64,000 nt of DNA, taken from assembly GCA_018674305.1 (NCBI GenBank), contig JABHAL010000010.1, positions 25,708-89,707 of the forward strand. Direction: 5' to 3'. Below are positions 46,333 through 56,588 of this stretch, piece by piece. Both the position numbers and the translations under genes were made by a program. The notes beneath the pieces are model-generated. The model searched no databases. It was not told where the DNA came from and saw only the letters and a list, made by a program, of their open reading frames with translations. The stretch's first letter is position 1, and the number at the start of each line of letters is the position of its first letter. Source of the stretch: Candidatus Falkowbacteria bacterium. Lineage in GTDB: Bacteria > Patescibacteriota > Patescibacteriia > UBA11705 > JABHMO01.

Positions 46333-49300
46333 TTATTTAACTTCCCTCGCGATATAACAACTTTCCGTCAAGTCATACCCCCCGCCTACCTTACCATTAA
46401 ACGCAAACGGCTCTGACAAAGTTACATTTTTGTTTGGTTCTCTAGAATACTTAGTTATGTGAGCAATTGTCATACTGTAATTTGAAATCGTACCTGATAC
46501 ACCTGGAACAATTACCTTTTTAGCACCTCTTTTAACAGCGACTTCTTGCATTTGATCCAAGAATTTCTCAATTAAATAATTGATGTCTAAGTCTGCTTCT
46601 CCAGGCACATCAAAACCCCGAACCAACAAAACCTTATCGCCATTTCTATCTTCTAGTTCAAACATCAAAACTGATCCTATAAATTCAGCATCTCCCAGTT
46701 CATCTTTTACCACAAACTTATAAGGAACAACATTAGGATATGTTTTCAATAAAGGATACTCAGCCGTATAACAAACATCCGCAATATATCCAGCCATTTC
46801 GCCAACAAATCCACGATCAGGAATTAATTTAACATCCAGTGGCGCGCCAGTTTCTACTTTAGAGAAATTAGCTACCTCAGCTCTAAGCGGATCAACCTGA
46901 GACTTGAACAATTTAGAAACATCCACCAGTTTAGAATTATCCTTAGCTCCAGTAATTTGTTTCCAAGCTTCTTCAGTCCAATAACCTTCTTCGTTTTTCT
47001 TTTGCGTATTTATTACATGATCTTTAATAAAGTTATCCACAATATTAATAATATTCAAAACTCCTTGTGCTGTCACTTCCCCTTCTAGTCCACTGATTAA
47101 ATTTTCTAAAGTTTCAGGTGAAAAATTAACTGTGAATAATTTTTTCAGAATAATCTGTCGCAAAACCGGGTATATTTCTGATTTACTAGCAAAGCGTCGA
47201 TCAACCGATAGTAATGGTATCAATAGAGCATCCAAGTCCTGAGCAGCTTGAACATCTGCTAATATTTTTTCATAATTTGAATATTGCATCTTGATATATT
47301 TATTATCCGGTTTCTTGACCAGGATTTCCTGGAGTTCCTTGAGCTTCTCACGAATTCGTACTTCGGCTTTACTTTTCAATCCAGTTATATCTTTTGGATT
47401 TTCTGAGGCCTCAAATATTTCTGCTCGCAAAAGCTCAAAATCTGCCTGTACTTTTTCAACATTAACTTCAAGTCTAATTCTAGGAACAGACACCTCAATA
47501 ACTTCATAACCAGCAGGCAGTTCTGTAATTTCACCAGCACTAAAATCGCTATTCCAATCTTCAATAATTTTTTCCATCCTTGGTCGACCACTATCGAATC
47601 GGTGAGTACTTTTACCAGTCATTAGACGTAAAATCTCCGTTTCAAATGTATTATATTCTTCAAGTTCTCCGATTGTATCTTCAGAATAGAGTAGTTGTTT
47701 TATTTTATCTAACCGTTTCTCCAACTCCTCAACATTGGTTATCCCTTGAGCAACTTGTTCTTCAGGCAAATCAATACCTTTTTGCTCATGCAGAACAATA
47801 TTCCGATAATATTCAAATATTATTTTAGTTTTTGACAATCCAAATCGTTTCACATACTCAATTGAGATGTCAAAACTTTCTTGATCTAGTTCAACAGTTG
47901 GCTCATAACCACCAAATATATTACTCATAAACTGACTTGTTCTATCATAATCATTGTGAGTGAATGCGTTTCTCTTTTCGTTTGATTTCTTAGGTAAAAC
48001 ATCCAAGAACTCCTCTACTTTTTGTTCACCAAAAACTAATTTCCAAACTTCTTTTCCGCCGAAACGAATAAACGAAGTAGAATCTTTTTGAGCGACCTGT
48101 TTCAAACTCTTTTCTATTTTTTTCAATACTTCTGAGTAATCACTTGAATTATATATAGCAGATTCAATCTCAGAAACCGTCCACTCATCTTCCCTACTTC
48201 CATTTTTTGATAAATTATCAGCAAAATTATAATATTCAATAATTTTCCTAACGAAATCAAGCTGACCTTTTTTTTGAAAGTCATATTTTTCTAATAATCC
48301 TTGTATCAGCTTAGCTGGCCAACTTATAATTATACCGAGTAACTCACTTCTGCCTGCCTCATCTTTTAGCACAGCTGGGTCTTGATAAACATTATTTAAA
48401 CTTTCTTCAAGTCCTGGTTCTTCCTCGAAATAATTTTTGTGCGCCATTACCATTTTTGGGAATTCCAGGAAATCTCCATTTTCTGGATTTGCCATTAATT
48501 TCATTAAAACCCCATTTGGTTTATTGCCTGCATCATTAATAATATCAAAAAACAGGTCTTCCCTTCTTAATCCCAGCTCATTACAAATTTTATTAAAAAA
48601 TATTACATGGTCAGCATCATCAGGATCAAAGTCCTCAAACAAGCGCTCAATATGTGCCCTGATTAACTCCGTCTTATCAAGACCAAGCTTTTTTGCAATC
48701 CCCACTAACTTGACTAGAACCTCTTCTTTTCCACCACTCAAATGATAAAAAGCTGACAATTCATCTTTCGTCCAATTATGTTTTTCCTTCAATTCCTCGC
48801 ATATTTCTTCATTATACACAATCGCCTTGGGAAATCGAATCATATTCCGAGGAGAAGCTATCTGATTTAAATAGGAATCCTCATCTACTAATATTTTGAT
48901 AACTTTTTGTTTTTCTTCAGGCAATGTAACTAAATATTTCTGCAATACATCCTCAGGTAGTTCACGGCCCAATAAAGCTATCTGATAAACTGCTGTTGAA
49001 ATTGTATCTCCACGTTTTTCTCTAAATGCATATTGCAAAAACATATCCAGCGCCTCAGGTCGGCCCAATGCTCTCATAGTAGGCATAGCCATTGACGGAT
49101 CACCTCTTTCGTCCATTAAATTTTCATTATTCAAAGAATTAAGGACTAAACCAGTAAATTCGGCAACTTCATCTTCAGCCACTAAGCCAGATTCAACTAA
49201 ACTCGGGGCTAGGGTGTTCCAATGATGACCTCTCTTTCCTCGAACTTCAAATGCCGTTATGTTACCTGGAATCAAATCTCTACGAATTTTCATTTGTTCT

Positions 49301-50418
49301 ACCTTTCGACCAACATCTTCTTTTAATCTATCCCCTTTCAAGGTATCCAGTATTTTGGTACTCAATTGCTCAGCCTTTTTACCAGCACTATAAGTAGCCA
49401 TCAAGTCAAGCCAGTCACTAACAGTAACCTTGGCTCCTCTCGCATAACTCAATGAATTCAGAATTTCTCCTAAATCATAAAGTCCGTGTGTTTGATATAA
49501 ATTGGCGAGTTCTCTTTGTAATTCCTGAAATCTTTTATTTTCTTCAGGTGTTTGCGCATGTACACTCTTTGAAAATGCAAGGTCCATAAACTCACGAACC
49601 CACTCCATAATTTCCGCCTTCTTCTGGTCGGTAAATTTTCCCAAAGTTGGTAAAACAGCGTGCTCTTGCAAACTTTGAGAATACTCTAACCAAGCCCCTT
49701 CAAGTGCATTTTCTATATTTAATTTATGGTCCCTTACGGTTTGGTCAAAATAGGTTACACTAATACTTCTGACAAGTTTTTTTTCATTTTTACCAAGACT
49801 GAGCATGGTGACATTAACTTCCGACAGTTCGCCTCTAGCTTCTTCGATTTGATTTTTCAGTTCCTCAATTTCTAAATTTAACTTTTCAGCTTTCTGACCT
49901 GAACTGGCTAATTCTTTTTTATTTCTGAATTTACCTAGGAACTGAGTCGACAAATCTGCAATTCTCCTCCTAGTTTGCGTTTCTTGCTTTTCCAAATCAA
50001 TTAATCGTTTTCTGTCTTCTGTTAATTCAAGTTTTCTCTTTTCATGCCACTGAACAATCATGAAAGCTTCATCCTGAAACTGCTGTAACATGGTATAAAC
50101 CTCTCCAAGGTCAACCCGTTTTTCCTTTTCTATTTGAGTCATCAATTCATACAGGTCATCTGAATAAGAATTTAACTTGGAAACGACTTCTTCTTGGTCC
50201 ATGTCTATCGCTTCCATACTGGTATCAACCTCCTGTCTCAGATTCATTATTTTCTGAAACATCTGATGATCCAAGCTTTCTCTCAATTCTAAGCCTTCTT
50301 TTACTTTTTTCAAATGATCAACAAGACCACCAGAACCAGTCTCGGCAGTTTGCTCAGGCCTCTCGCTTTTAGCCTCTGGAGAATCTTCTCCAATTTTTTT
50401 AGCACTGTTTTGTGTCAT
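46333..50418 (-). CDS. Very large (1361 aa) hypothetical protein embedded in the pilin operon, with no signal peptide or transmembrane helix
   Basis: Acidic, coiled-coil-rich N-terminus with no Walker motifs recognised. It is tightly packed between pilin genes, with 1-2 nt gaps on both sides. Confidence 0.75.
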   Translation of the reverse strand: MTQNSAKKIGEDSPEAKSERPEQTAETGSGGLVDHLKKVKEGLELRESLDHQMFQKIMNLRQEVDTSMEAIDMDQEEVVSKLNSYSDDLYELMTQIEKEKRVDLGEVYTMLQQFQDEAFMIVQWHEKRKLELTEDRKRLIDLEKQETQTRRRIADLSTQFLGKFRNKKELASSGQKAEKLNLEIEELKNQIEEARGELSEVNVTMLSLGKNEKKLVRSISVTYFDQTVRDHKLNIENALEGAWLEYSQSLQEHAVLPTLGKFTDQKKAEIMEWVREFMDLAFSKSVHAQTPEENKRFQELQRELANLYQTHGLYDLGEILNSLSYARGAKVTVSDWLDLMATYSAGKKAEQLSTKILDTLKGDRLKEDVGRKVEQMKIRRDLIPGNITAFEVRGKRGHHWNTLAPSLVESGLVAEDEVAEFTGLVLNSLNNENLMDERGDPSMAMPTMRALGRPEALDMFLQYAFREKRGDTISTAVYQIALLGRELPEDVLQKYLVTLPEEKQKVIKILVDEDSYLNQIASPRNMIRFPKAIVYNEEICEELKEKHNWTKDELSAFYHLSGGKEEVLVKLVGIAKKLGLDKTELIRAHIERLFEDFDPDDADHVIFFNKICNELGLRREDLFFDIINDAGNKPNGVLMKLMANPENGDFLEFPKMVMAHKNYFEEEPGLEESLNNVYQDPAVLKDEAGRSELLGIIISWPAKLIQGLLEKYDFQKKGQLDFVRKIIEYYNFADNLSKNGSREDEWTVSEIESAIYNSSDYSEVLKKIEKSLKQVAQKDSTSFIRFGGKEVWKLVFGEQKVEEFLDVLPKKSNEKRNAFTHNDYDRTSQFMSNIFGGYEPTVELDQESFDISIEYVKRFGLSKTKIIFEYYRNIVLHEQKGIDLPEEQVAQGITNVEELEKRLDKIKQLLYSEDTIGELEEYNTFETEILRLMTGKSTHRFDSGRPRMEKIIEDWNSDFSAGEITELPAGYEVIEVSVPRIRLEVNVEKVQADFELLRAEIFEASENPKDITGLKSKAEVRIREKLKELQEILVKKPDNKYIKMQYSNYEKILADVQAAQDLDALLIPLLSVDRRFASKSEIYPVLRQIILKKLFTVNFSPETLENLISGLEGEVTAQGVLNIINIVDNFIKDHVINTQKKNEEGYWTEEAWKQITGAKDNSKLVDVSKLFKSQVDPLRAEVANFSKVETGAPLDVKLIPDRGFVGEMAGYIADVCYTAEYPLLKTYPNVVPYKFVVKDELGDAEFIGSVLMFELEDRNGDKVLLVRGFDVPGEADLDINYLIEKFLDQMQEVAVKRGAKKVIVPGVSGTISNYSMTIAHITKYSREPNKNVTLSEPFAFNGKVGGGYDLTESCYIAREVK

Positions 50419-50419
50419 A

Positions 50420-51043
50420 TTATCTCCAATTATATAAGTAATCGACTAAAGAAATATTCCGCCAAGCTGGACCCTGCTTCCAACGAACCATAGAAAAAAC
50501 CTGAATACCTATTTGCTTATTGGGACAGGCTTGACCAGACACACAGATACCATCTCCACCACAAGCAGTTGTTGATTCACAAATTGGACGATTCTCAACC
50601 ATGCGATAATAATTAGTTGGCTCGTCAGATTCAACTGAACTATAAAAACCCTTATCATCAAAATACAGCCGACACATTTCATCTTCCTGACAATCATCGA
50701 AATCCATCCCTGTCGATTTCAGGGTCCATTCACCATCATAAGGACTAATATAAACAATAAATCGATAATCAAGCCCATCCTGTAAAAAAGTATTCCAGTA
50801 AACGCAATTTTCTTCATCATCTGGATCAAAACAACCCTTCAACCAATTAGAATCGCGGGTATTACGAACAACCTCAACTCCTTCGCGAGCTAAATTCAAG
50901 GCTGTATTTCTATTGATTGATTCAGAAATTGCGATAAAACTTTGTGTAGAGCGTGACAAGAAACCAACTAACGCAATCGCAATAATAGCCACTGCGATAA
51001 TGGCTTCAATCAAAGTTTGACCTTGTTTATTTTGGCTTAACAT
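50420..51043 (-). CDS. Pilin-like protein with a Cys-rich C-terminal domain
   Basis: N-terminal GQTLIEAIIAVAIIAIALVGF prepilin-like helix, and a C-terminus with six or more Cys residues. Confidence 0.65.
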   Translation of the reverse strand: MLSQNKQGQTLIEAIIAVAIIAIALVGFLSRSTQSFIAISESINRNTALNLAREGVEVVRNTRDSNWLKGCFDPDDEENCVYWNTFLQDGLDYRFIVYISPYDGEWTLKSTGMDFDDCQEDEMCRLYFDDKGFYSSVESDEPTNYYRMVENRPICESTTACGGDGICVSGQACPNKQIGIQVFSMVRWKQGPAWRNISLVDYLYNWR

Positions 51044-51047
51044 AAAA

Positions 51048-51560
51048 TTAATTTCCCGAAGTTACCAATCCCGACTCTAAATCAACAACTAAATATCGTA
51101 TTTCCTCAGATTTTTTTGATTTTAAATGAAATGTATAACCACCACTCTGTTCACAGTCGCCACCAGCTAAACAAGTATTATGTCCTTGCTGGTCCCAACG
51201 AAAGCAAATTATCTTATTTAGGAAGTTTTGAAACTCTACACCTTCAGTCAAATTAATCACTTGATCAATTTCGTCGCCTGTATTGAAGTTGCAATCTGCA
51301 TTATTATCAAAAAATAAAGTATATGCTTTACCACTAGGTTCTATTTTTAAACCGTACATTTCCGAGCTTTGATGGTTGTTCATCTTTCCAGACAATGCGT
51401 TGATCTTCTGTTCGTTTAATTTTTGCTCCAAAAGATTAACTTCGTTCGCTAGACTTTGCCTTTGACTTTGATTTGAAAAACTCAAAACACCCATAGTTGT
51501 GATTATGGCAACTATAGCAATAGAAACGATCAATTCGATCAAACTAAATCCTTTTTTCAT
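51048..51560 (-). CDS. Type IV pilin-like protein
   Basis: MKKGFSLIELIVSIAIVAIITTMGVL class III signal, with C-terminal Cys pairs. Confidence 0.75.
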   Translation of the reverse strand: MKKGFSLIELIVSIAIVAIITTMGVLSFSNQSQRQSLANEVNLLEQKLNEQKINALSGKMNNHQSSEMYGLKIEPSGKAYTLFFDNNADCNFNTGDEIDQVINLTEGVEFQNFLNKIICFRWDQQGHNTCLAGGDCEQSGGYTFHLKSKKSEEIRYLVVDLESGLVTSGN

Positions 51561-51561
51561 A

Positions 51562-52374
51562 CTACAAACCTAGGTTTGTTAAATACCAAGCTAATAGTTG
51601 TTGTCCCCAAAATAAAGCTACAAAGGTGGAACCCGTCAGAAACACACCAAAAGGCACCGGGCTTTTCATAGTTTTTATTTTGAAAGCTAAAAGTATTACA
51701 CTAATCACAGCACCAGAAACATAAGCTAAAATTAGAGCCACAAAAATTATTGGCCAACCAAGCATAAATCCCATTACTGCGCCTAAACGAATATCACCAC
51801 CGCCAACCCATTTACCCTTGGAAACCCAATACTGCAGAGCAAAAAAACCACCACCAATCAGACCAGCTACTATCAAATTAATTAGAATTGAAAAGTAATT
51901 TCCTGAATGACTTAAAATAAAAAAGTTTACCAAAAAGGCAAACACCATTAACGGTATAGAAACTGCATCAAAAATTAAATAATACCGTAGGTCAGTTGTA
52001 AAAATAATAATTAATCCCGCCACAAAAACTAAATCTCGAAAGAACATAGGATTTGCCATAGCTTGACCCACTTGATGATGATAAGCTAAAAAAACAAACA
52101 GCAAACCCGTCACCAATTCAACACTTGGATATTGCCAAGAAATCTTCTGTTTACAACCACGACACTTAGCCTTTAACCAAATAAAACTAAAAATTGGAAC
52201 TAGATCATAGTTCTTTAATTTTTGGTGACAGTGAGGACAGTTCGACCGCTTTTTCCAGATTGATTTTTTTTCTGGCAAGCGATAAATCACCACATTTAAG
52301 AAGCTTCCAATACAAGCTCCAATTATGAAGATTAAAACGTAAGTTAACATAAATATATAAGTTCCAAGTTTCAA
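51562..52374 (-). CDS. Prepilin peptidase (A24 family, PilD-like)
   Basis: 270 aa with an N-terminal Cys tetrad CPHC...CRGC, a multi-pass membrane region, and a conserved Asp-containing segment GGGDIRLGA. Confidence 0.8.
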   Translation of the reverse strand: MKLGTYIFMLTYVLIFIIGACIGSFLNVVIYRLPEKKSIWKKRSNCPHCHQKLKNYDLVPIFSFIWLKAKCRGCKQKISWQYPSVELVTGLLFVFLAYHHQVGQAMANPMFFRDLVFVAGLIIIFTTDLRYYLIFDAVSIPLMVFAFLVNFFILSHSGNYFSILINLIVAGLIGGGFFALQYWVSKGKWVGGGDIRLGAVMGFMLGWPIIFVALILAYVSGAVISVILLAFKIKTMKSPVPFGVFLTGSTFVALFWGQQLLAWYLTNLGL

Positions 52375-52424
52375 GATCCAAGTACCAAGTTATCACTTGA
52401 AACTTGTTACTTGTCGCTTGTTAT

Positions 52425-53417
52425 TTAGACTTTTTCTACCATTTCAACTAACCGATTCGCATAACCCCATTCATTATCATACCAAGCTAGAACTTTGACT
52501 AAATTACCGTCAACCACTTTTGTAAATTTAAGATCAACAATTGCTGAAGCGGTTGTCCCGATAATGTCACTTGAAACTAATTCATCTTCGCTAACTTCAA
52601 GCACTCCCTTAAAATGAACCATTTTTGAATATTTTTTGAAGGCTTGATTGACCTGCTTTTCAGTAACATTTTTCTTTAACAAGGCCACCACGTCAACTAA
52701 GGACCCAGTAATCATTGGCACTCGGATGGACATACCATCGAATTTGCCTTTTAAATTGGGTAATACTTTACCAGTGGCAATTGCAGCACCAGTAGTAGTT
52801 GGAATAATATTACCAAGAACAGAACGTCCACGACGCCAATCTTTTTCATAAGCCAAATCAACCGTTCTTTGAGATGAAGTAACTGCGTGAATAGTTGAGA
52901 GCATGGCTTTTTCTACACCGAATGCACTTTCCAAAACTGCCATAATTGGTGAAACACAATTTGTAGTACAAGACGCATTTGCAAAAGCTTTTTCTTTTTT
53001 TACATTATTATCATTAATACCCCGCACCACCGTCATTACACCTTCATCTTTTATTGGAGCAGACAAAATTACATTTTTCGCTCCAGCGGTTAAATGCTTT
53101 TTGACCTCGTTGGTTTTGCGAAAGGCACCAGTACACTCCAGGGCGACATTAACCTTATGTTTTTTCCAGGGAAGTTTTGCTGGATCGGCAATTGAATAAA
53201 CTGGAAACTTCCTACCATTAACAACTAAATGCTGACCACTAACACTGATTTTTTTGTCAAACTTTCCGTGAGCGGTGTCATATTTCAAAAGATAAGCTAA
53301 ATTATTTATATCAGCCAAATCATTTATAGCTACAATCCTTAGATTCTTTTTTGTTAACGCAACTTTAAATGCAGCTCGGCCTACCCGGCCAAAGCCATTG
53401 ATTGCTACTTTAGTCAT
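52425..53417 (-). CDS. gap: Type I glyceraldehyde-3-phosphate dehydrogenase
   Basis: 330 aa with VAINGFGRVGR (NAD-binding) and the ASCTTNC active-site region. Confidence 0.92.
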   Translation of the reverse strand: MTKVAINGFGRVGRAAFKVALTKKNLRIVAINDLADINNLAYLLKYDTAHGKFDKKISVSGQHLVVNGRKFPVYSIADPAKLPWKKHKVNVALECTGAFRKTNEVKKHLTAGAKNVILSAPIKDEGVMTVVRGINDNNVKKEKAFANASCTTNCVSPIMAVLESAFGVEKAMLSTIHAVTSSQRTVDLAYEKDWRRGRSVLGNIIPTTTGAAIATGKVLPNLKGKFDGMSIRVPMITGSLVDVVALLKKNVTEKQVNQAFKKYSKMVHFKGVLEVSEDELVSSDIIGTTASAIVDLKFTKVVDGNLVKVLAWYDNEWGYANRLVEMVEKV

Positions 53418-53442
53418 AAAATAAAATATTAATTATTAATTA

Positions 53443-53568
53443 CCAATTGATCAATCACCTAAAATCTAAATAAACCTAAATGAACAAATTCGAAAATAAT
53501 TTCAAACCTTTGGAAATTTTTATTTTAAATTTATCTGGGACTTAGAGTTTTGATCCATTGATTAATTT
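53443..53568. repeat. Intergenic repeat family, copy D
   Basis: taccaattgatcaatcacctaaaatctaaataaacc...ttagagttttgatccattgattaattt. Confidence 0.6.
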
Positions 53569-53605
53569 CATTAGCTTTATTATAACAAATTTTACCCATT
53601 TTGGC

Positions 53606-53634
53606 GAAAAAAACAGAGGTGTGGATACCTCTGC
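53606..53634 (-). terminator. Rho-independent terminator after the 53657 gene
   Basis: cagaggt-gtggata-cctctg hairpin followed on the minus strand by a U-run (plus aaaaaaa 53607-53613). Confidence 0.6.
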
Positions 53635-53656
53635 TTTTATGTAATATTTTGTCTAC

Positions 53657-54415
53657 TTAATCAAGTTGAAATTTTCTTATAAACACCTTAGCAATCTCAC
53701 TCTCTAAATTCTCAGCAAATTCTATTTGCACAAACTGATCAGAAACTGGAATAACAATAGCGGTACTATCTACATAATATTTAAATCCAATCTTGCCAGC
53801 AATAGAGATCAAAGAGGACTCTTCATCAGCGAAATTATTACTGTCCGTAACTGTAACAATAACGTCCCCGACATCCTCGGAATCATCTGGACGAATCTGG
53901 CCGTCAGCAAAAAAATGCACCTGTTTAACATATGGTCTATCAAAATAAGTCCAGGAATTTGGAAAATAAGTAGTCACTCCATACTTAGCAAAACTTAGCC
54001 AATCATCTTCAATCTCTAAAATATCTTCATCAAGTTCTGCCTCTAAATCATCTGCATCTATATTCCCACTCATCCAAGAAAAAGCCTCACTCGACTCTGA
54101 TGGTGTAAATGCACTAGTAAACTGCGCGGGAAGGATATCTTTCAGTGCCTCCTGGAATATCACTCTAGTAATTCTAGTTTCCATATACATGGCACCAAAC
54201 AAGACACCAAAAGCAATGAATACACAGAATATTAAAACTGTGATCATGATCGCAAGACCTTTGAAATAATGAACTTCAGTTTTCAATAATCGAATTCTAA
54301 TCTGATCATCTGTTAATTTTTGCTCTAACTGTTTTTTTGTTTTTTCTACTGGTTTCTTTTTTGTTGTTTTTGTTGTTTTTGTCGTTTTTTTTGTTTTTGC
54401 TGGCATAAAGTACAA
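53657..54415 (-). CDS. Hypothetical membrane-anchored protein with an N-terminal KTTK tandem repeat
   Basis: 252 aa. KTKKTTKTTKTTKKKP is encoded by simple-sequence DNA, followed by one transmembrane helix. Confidence 0.5.
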   Translation of the reverse strand: MYFMPAKTKKTTKTTKTTKKKPVEKTKKQLEQKLTDDQIRIRLLKTEVHYFKGLAIMITVLIFCVFIAFGVLFGAMYMETRITRVIFQEALKDILPAQFTSAFTPSESSEAFSWMSGNIDADDLEAELDEDILEIEDDWLSFAKYGVTTYFPNSWTYFDRPYVKQVHFFADGQIRPDDSEDVGDVIVTVTDSNNFADEESSLISIAGKIGFKYYVDSTAIVIPVSDQFVQIEFAENLESEIAKVFIRKFQLD

Positions 54416-54502
54416 ATATAAAAATTAAAAATAGAAAGCTTAAAGCACTTACTTTCAACTTTCAACATTTAACTTTTAACTGCCATTATTATACCACATT
54501 AT

Positions 54503-55267
54503 TTAATTCAAGAAAACAATACTCTGGATAAAATAATCCACTTCCGGTAATATTTCATCAGGAACAAAGGCCATTACATAAAAATCCTCCCGAGGATAAA
54601 CGATAACCAAATGACTATCTTCCTGGTCGGAACCTTCATTATCTTGAAAATATCGATACAGAATATACTTTTGGTTCAGAATATTTTCCTTAACAAAACA
54701 ATTTCTAACTTCACCCAAATCTAACAATTTCAGTTTTTTGAACAGTTGCCCATCACATTCCCCAGATTGATTTTGGGACAATACTTCTTGAACTGCCAGG
54801 TTAGCATAATCAACTTTCTCAGCCAAAGAAAAATCATAAGTCGCCACCGTCAACTCTAGAGACTCAGTCTCCTCTGCTTTACTAAATTTACCAAAATAGC
54901 GAAAGCCTTCATAATCTTCAACCTGTTTATCGTCCTTATTTTCCAAAGAAAAACTTCCCCAATTTGCAGGGCTTTTGAATTGAAATTTAAAATCACTGTT
55001 TTGATAAATTCGCCACTGCTTAGTAGCCTCTGTAAACTTCAAAGCTTTTTGGGCAGTTTGCTCATCGGAAACTGAGAATTGATCAATCTTATCATTGGTG
55101 GTATTTATCTGCTGAATTAAATTAAAAACACCTTGTTCCACATTTTTCAGATCAGTATAAATATAATTTACAAACATTAGAACAAAAACAAAAAGTACAA
55201 CCAGCACTACAATTAGAACCCCAGACCAAGTAAATTTAATCTTCTTGCTTTTTTTTCGTTTAGGCAT
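54503..55267 (-). CDS. Hypothetical membrane-anchored protein
   Basis: 254 aa with an N-terminal signal-anchor (VLIVVLVVLFVFVLMFV). Confidence 0.5.
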   Translation of the reverse strand: MPKRKKSKKIKFTWSGVLIVVLVVLFVFVLMFVNYIYTDLKNVEQGVFNLIQQINTTNDKIDQFSVSDEQTAQKALKFTEATKQWRIYQNSDFKFQFKSPANWGSFSLENKDDKQVEDYEGFRYFGKFSKAEETESLELTVATYDFSLAEKVDYANLAVQEVLSQNQSGECDGQLFKKLKLLDLGEVRNCFVKENILNQKYILYRYFQDNEGSDQEDSHLVIVYPREDFYVMAFVPDEILPEVDYFIQSIVFLN

Positions 55268-55288
55268 TTATAATCAGAATTAATTTAA

Positions 55289-56482
55289 CTAAGGAGTAAT
55301 TTTCTCCCATAAAGTTATAAAAAAATCTTTGAATCGTAATAAATCTCTACCTGTTACAACCACAACTAACAACATCAGAAAAGCAAAACCAGCTGCATGA
55401 ACTATCTGTTCTGTTTTTTGTTTGATTGGTTTACCTCTCAATTTTTCAACTATTAAAAACAAAACTCTACCGCCATCTAATGCTGGCAAAGGCAAGAAAT
55501 TAATAATCGCTAAATTCAATGATAATAACGCAGTAAATTGCAAAATGTAAACAAAGCCCATACGCGCAACCTGTCCGGTCATGACCGCAATACCTACCGG
55601 CCCTGCTACATCAATTCCCAAAGGCTGACCAACAATTGCATTTTTGATTACTGTATAAAAAGCTACAATAATTTGCACAAACATTATTATCGTGGCCTTG
55701 ATTCCCAACCAGATCGATTGATACCAAGGATACGAAACTGTTCCGGTCTTGGCCAAACCAATACCTACCGCTTTTTCACTCAATTCTTCTATCTCTACTG
55801 CTGAAACTGTAAATTCCATTTCCTCATCAAGTCTTTTAATTGTAAAGTTTAACGGCTCCTCCTCATTCTGATCAATATAATCTTGCACAGCTTGAACTTC
55901 TGTAAATTTTTCTCCATTTATACTAAGAACAACATCACCCATCTTTAAACCGATTTCTTCAGCTGGAGAATCTTCCAAAATCGACATGATCTGTACTTTC
56001 GGATTTTGAATGTGAGCTTGTGCCAAATCACCGTCAATAACTTGCGGTGCGCCAATCATAAAAGCAATGATCAAGCAAACTGCAGCTAAAATCACATTCA
56101 TAGTCACACCAGCACTTAAAATTGTAGCTCGCTTCCAAGCTTTTTTGCCACCGAAACTATCTGGATCGGCCTTACTTTCTCCATCTTCGCCTTTAATTTT
56201 CACAAAACCACCAAGTGGAATCCAGTTCATGGAATAAATTGTATCGTCAGATTTAATTTCTTCAGTGGCTTTATTTCCCCAGAAAAATTTGCGTTTACCA
56301 TTAACTTTGCGCCAGCCAAAAATTCTAGGTGGGAATCCAAAACCAAACTCGTCACATTTAACTCCCAATTTACGGGCAGTCCAAAAGTGGCCCAATTCAT
56401 GGAAAAAGACCATCACTCCTAAGATAATAATGAAAACAATTAACGTGAACATAAACGACATAATATCCAATACACAATACAC
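55289..56482 (-). CDS. RseP-like site-2 protease (M50 zinc metalloprotease with PDZ domain)
   Basis: HELGHF HExxH motif within the first transmembrane segment, a PDZ-like GLKMGDVVLSING, and an LDGG motif near the C-terminus. Confidence 0.85.
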   Translation of the reverse strand: MYCVLDIMSFMFTLIVFIIILGVMVFFHELGHFWTARKLGVKCDEFGFGFPPRIFGWRKVNGKRKFFWGNKATEEIKSDDTIYSMNWIPLGGFVKIKGEDGESKADPDSFGGKKAWKRATILSAGVTMNVILAAVCLIIAFMIGAPQVIDGDLAQAHIQNPKVQIMSILEDSPAEEIGLKMGDVVLSINGEKFTEVQAVQDYIDQNEEEPLNFTIKRLDEEMEFTVSAVEIEELSEKAVGIGLAKTGTVSYPWYQSIWLGIKATIIMFVQIIVAFYTVIKNAIVGQPLGIDVAGPVGIAVMTGQVARMGFVYILQFTALLSLNLAIINFLPLPALDGGRVLFLIVEKLRGKPIKQKTEQIVHAAGFAFLMLLVVVVTGRDLLRFKDFFITLWEKITP

Positions 56483-56588
56483 AATTCATAATAAAACTTG
56501 TTTATTGTTTATTGTTTATGATTTAATTTTTATTAATTTATATTTATTGTTTATTTTATTGGGTATTTGGTATTTGTCACTGGTTATT

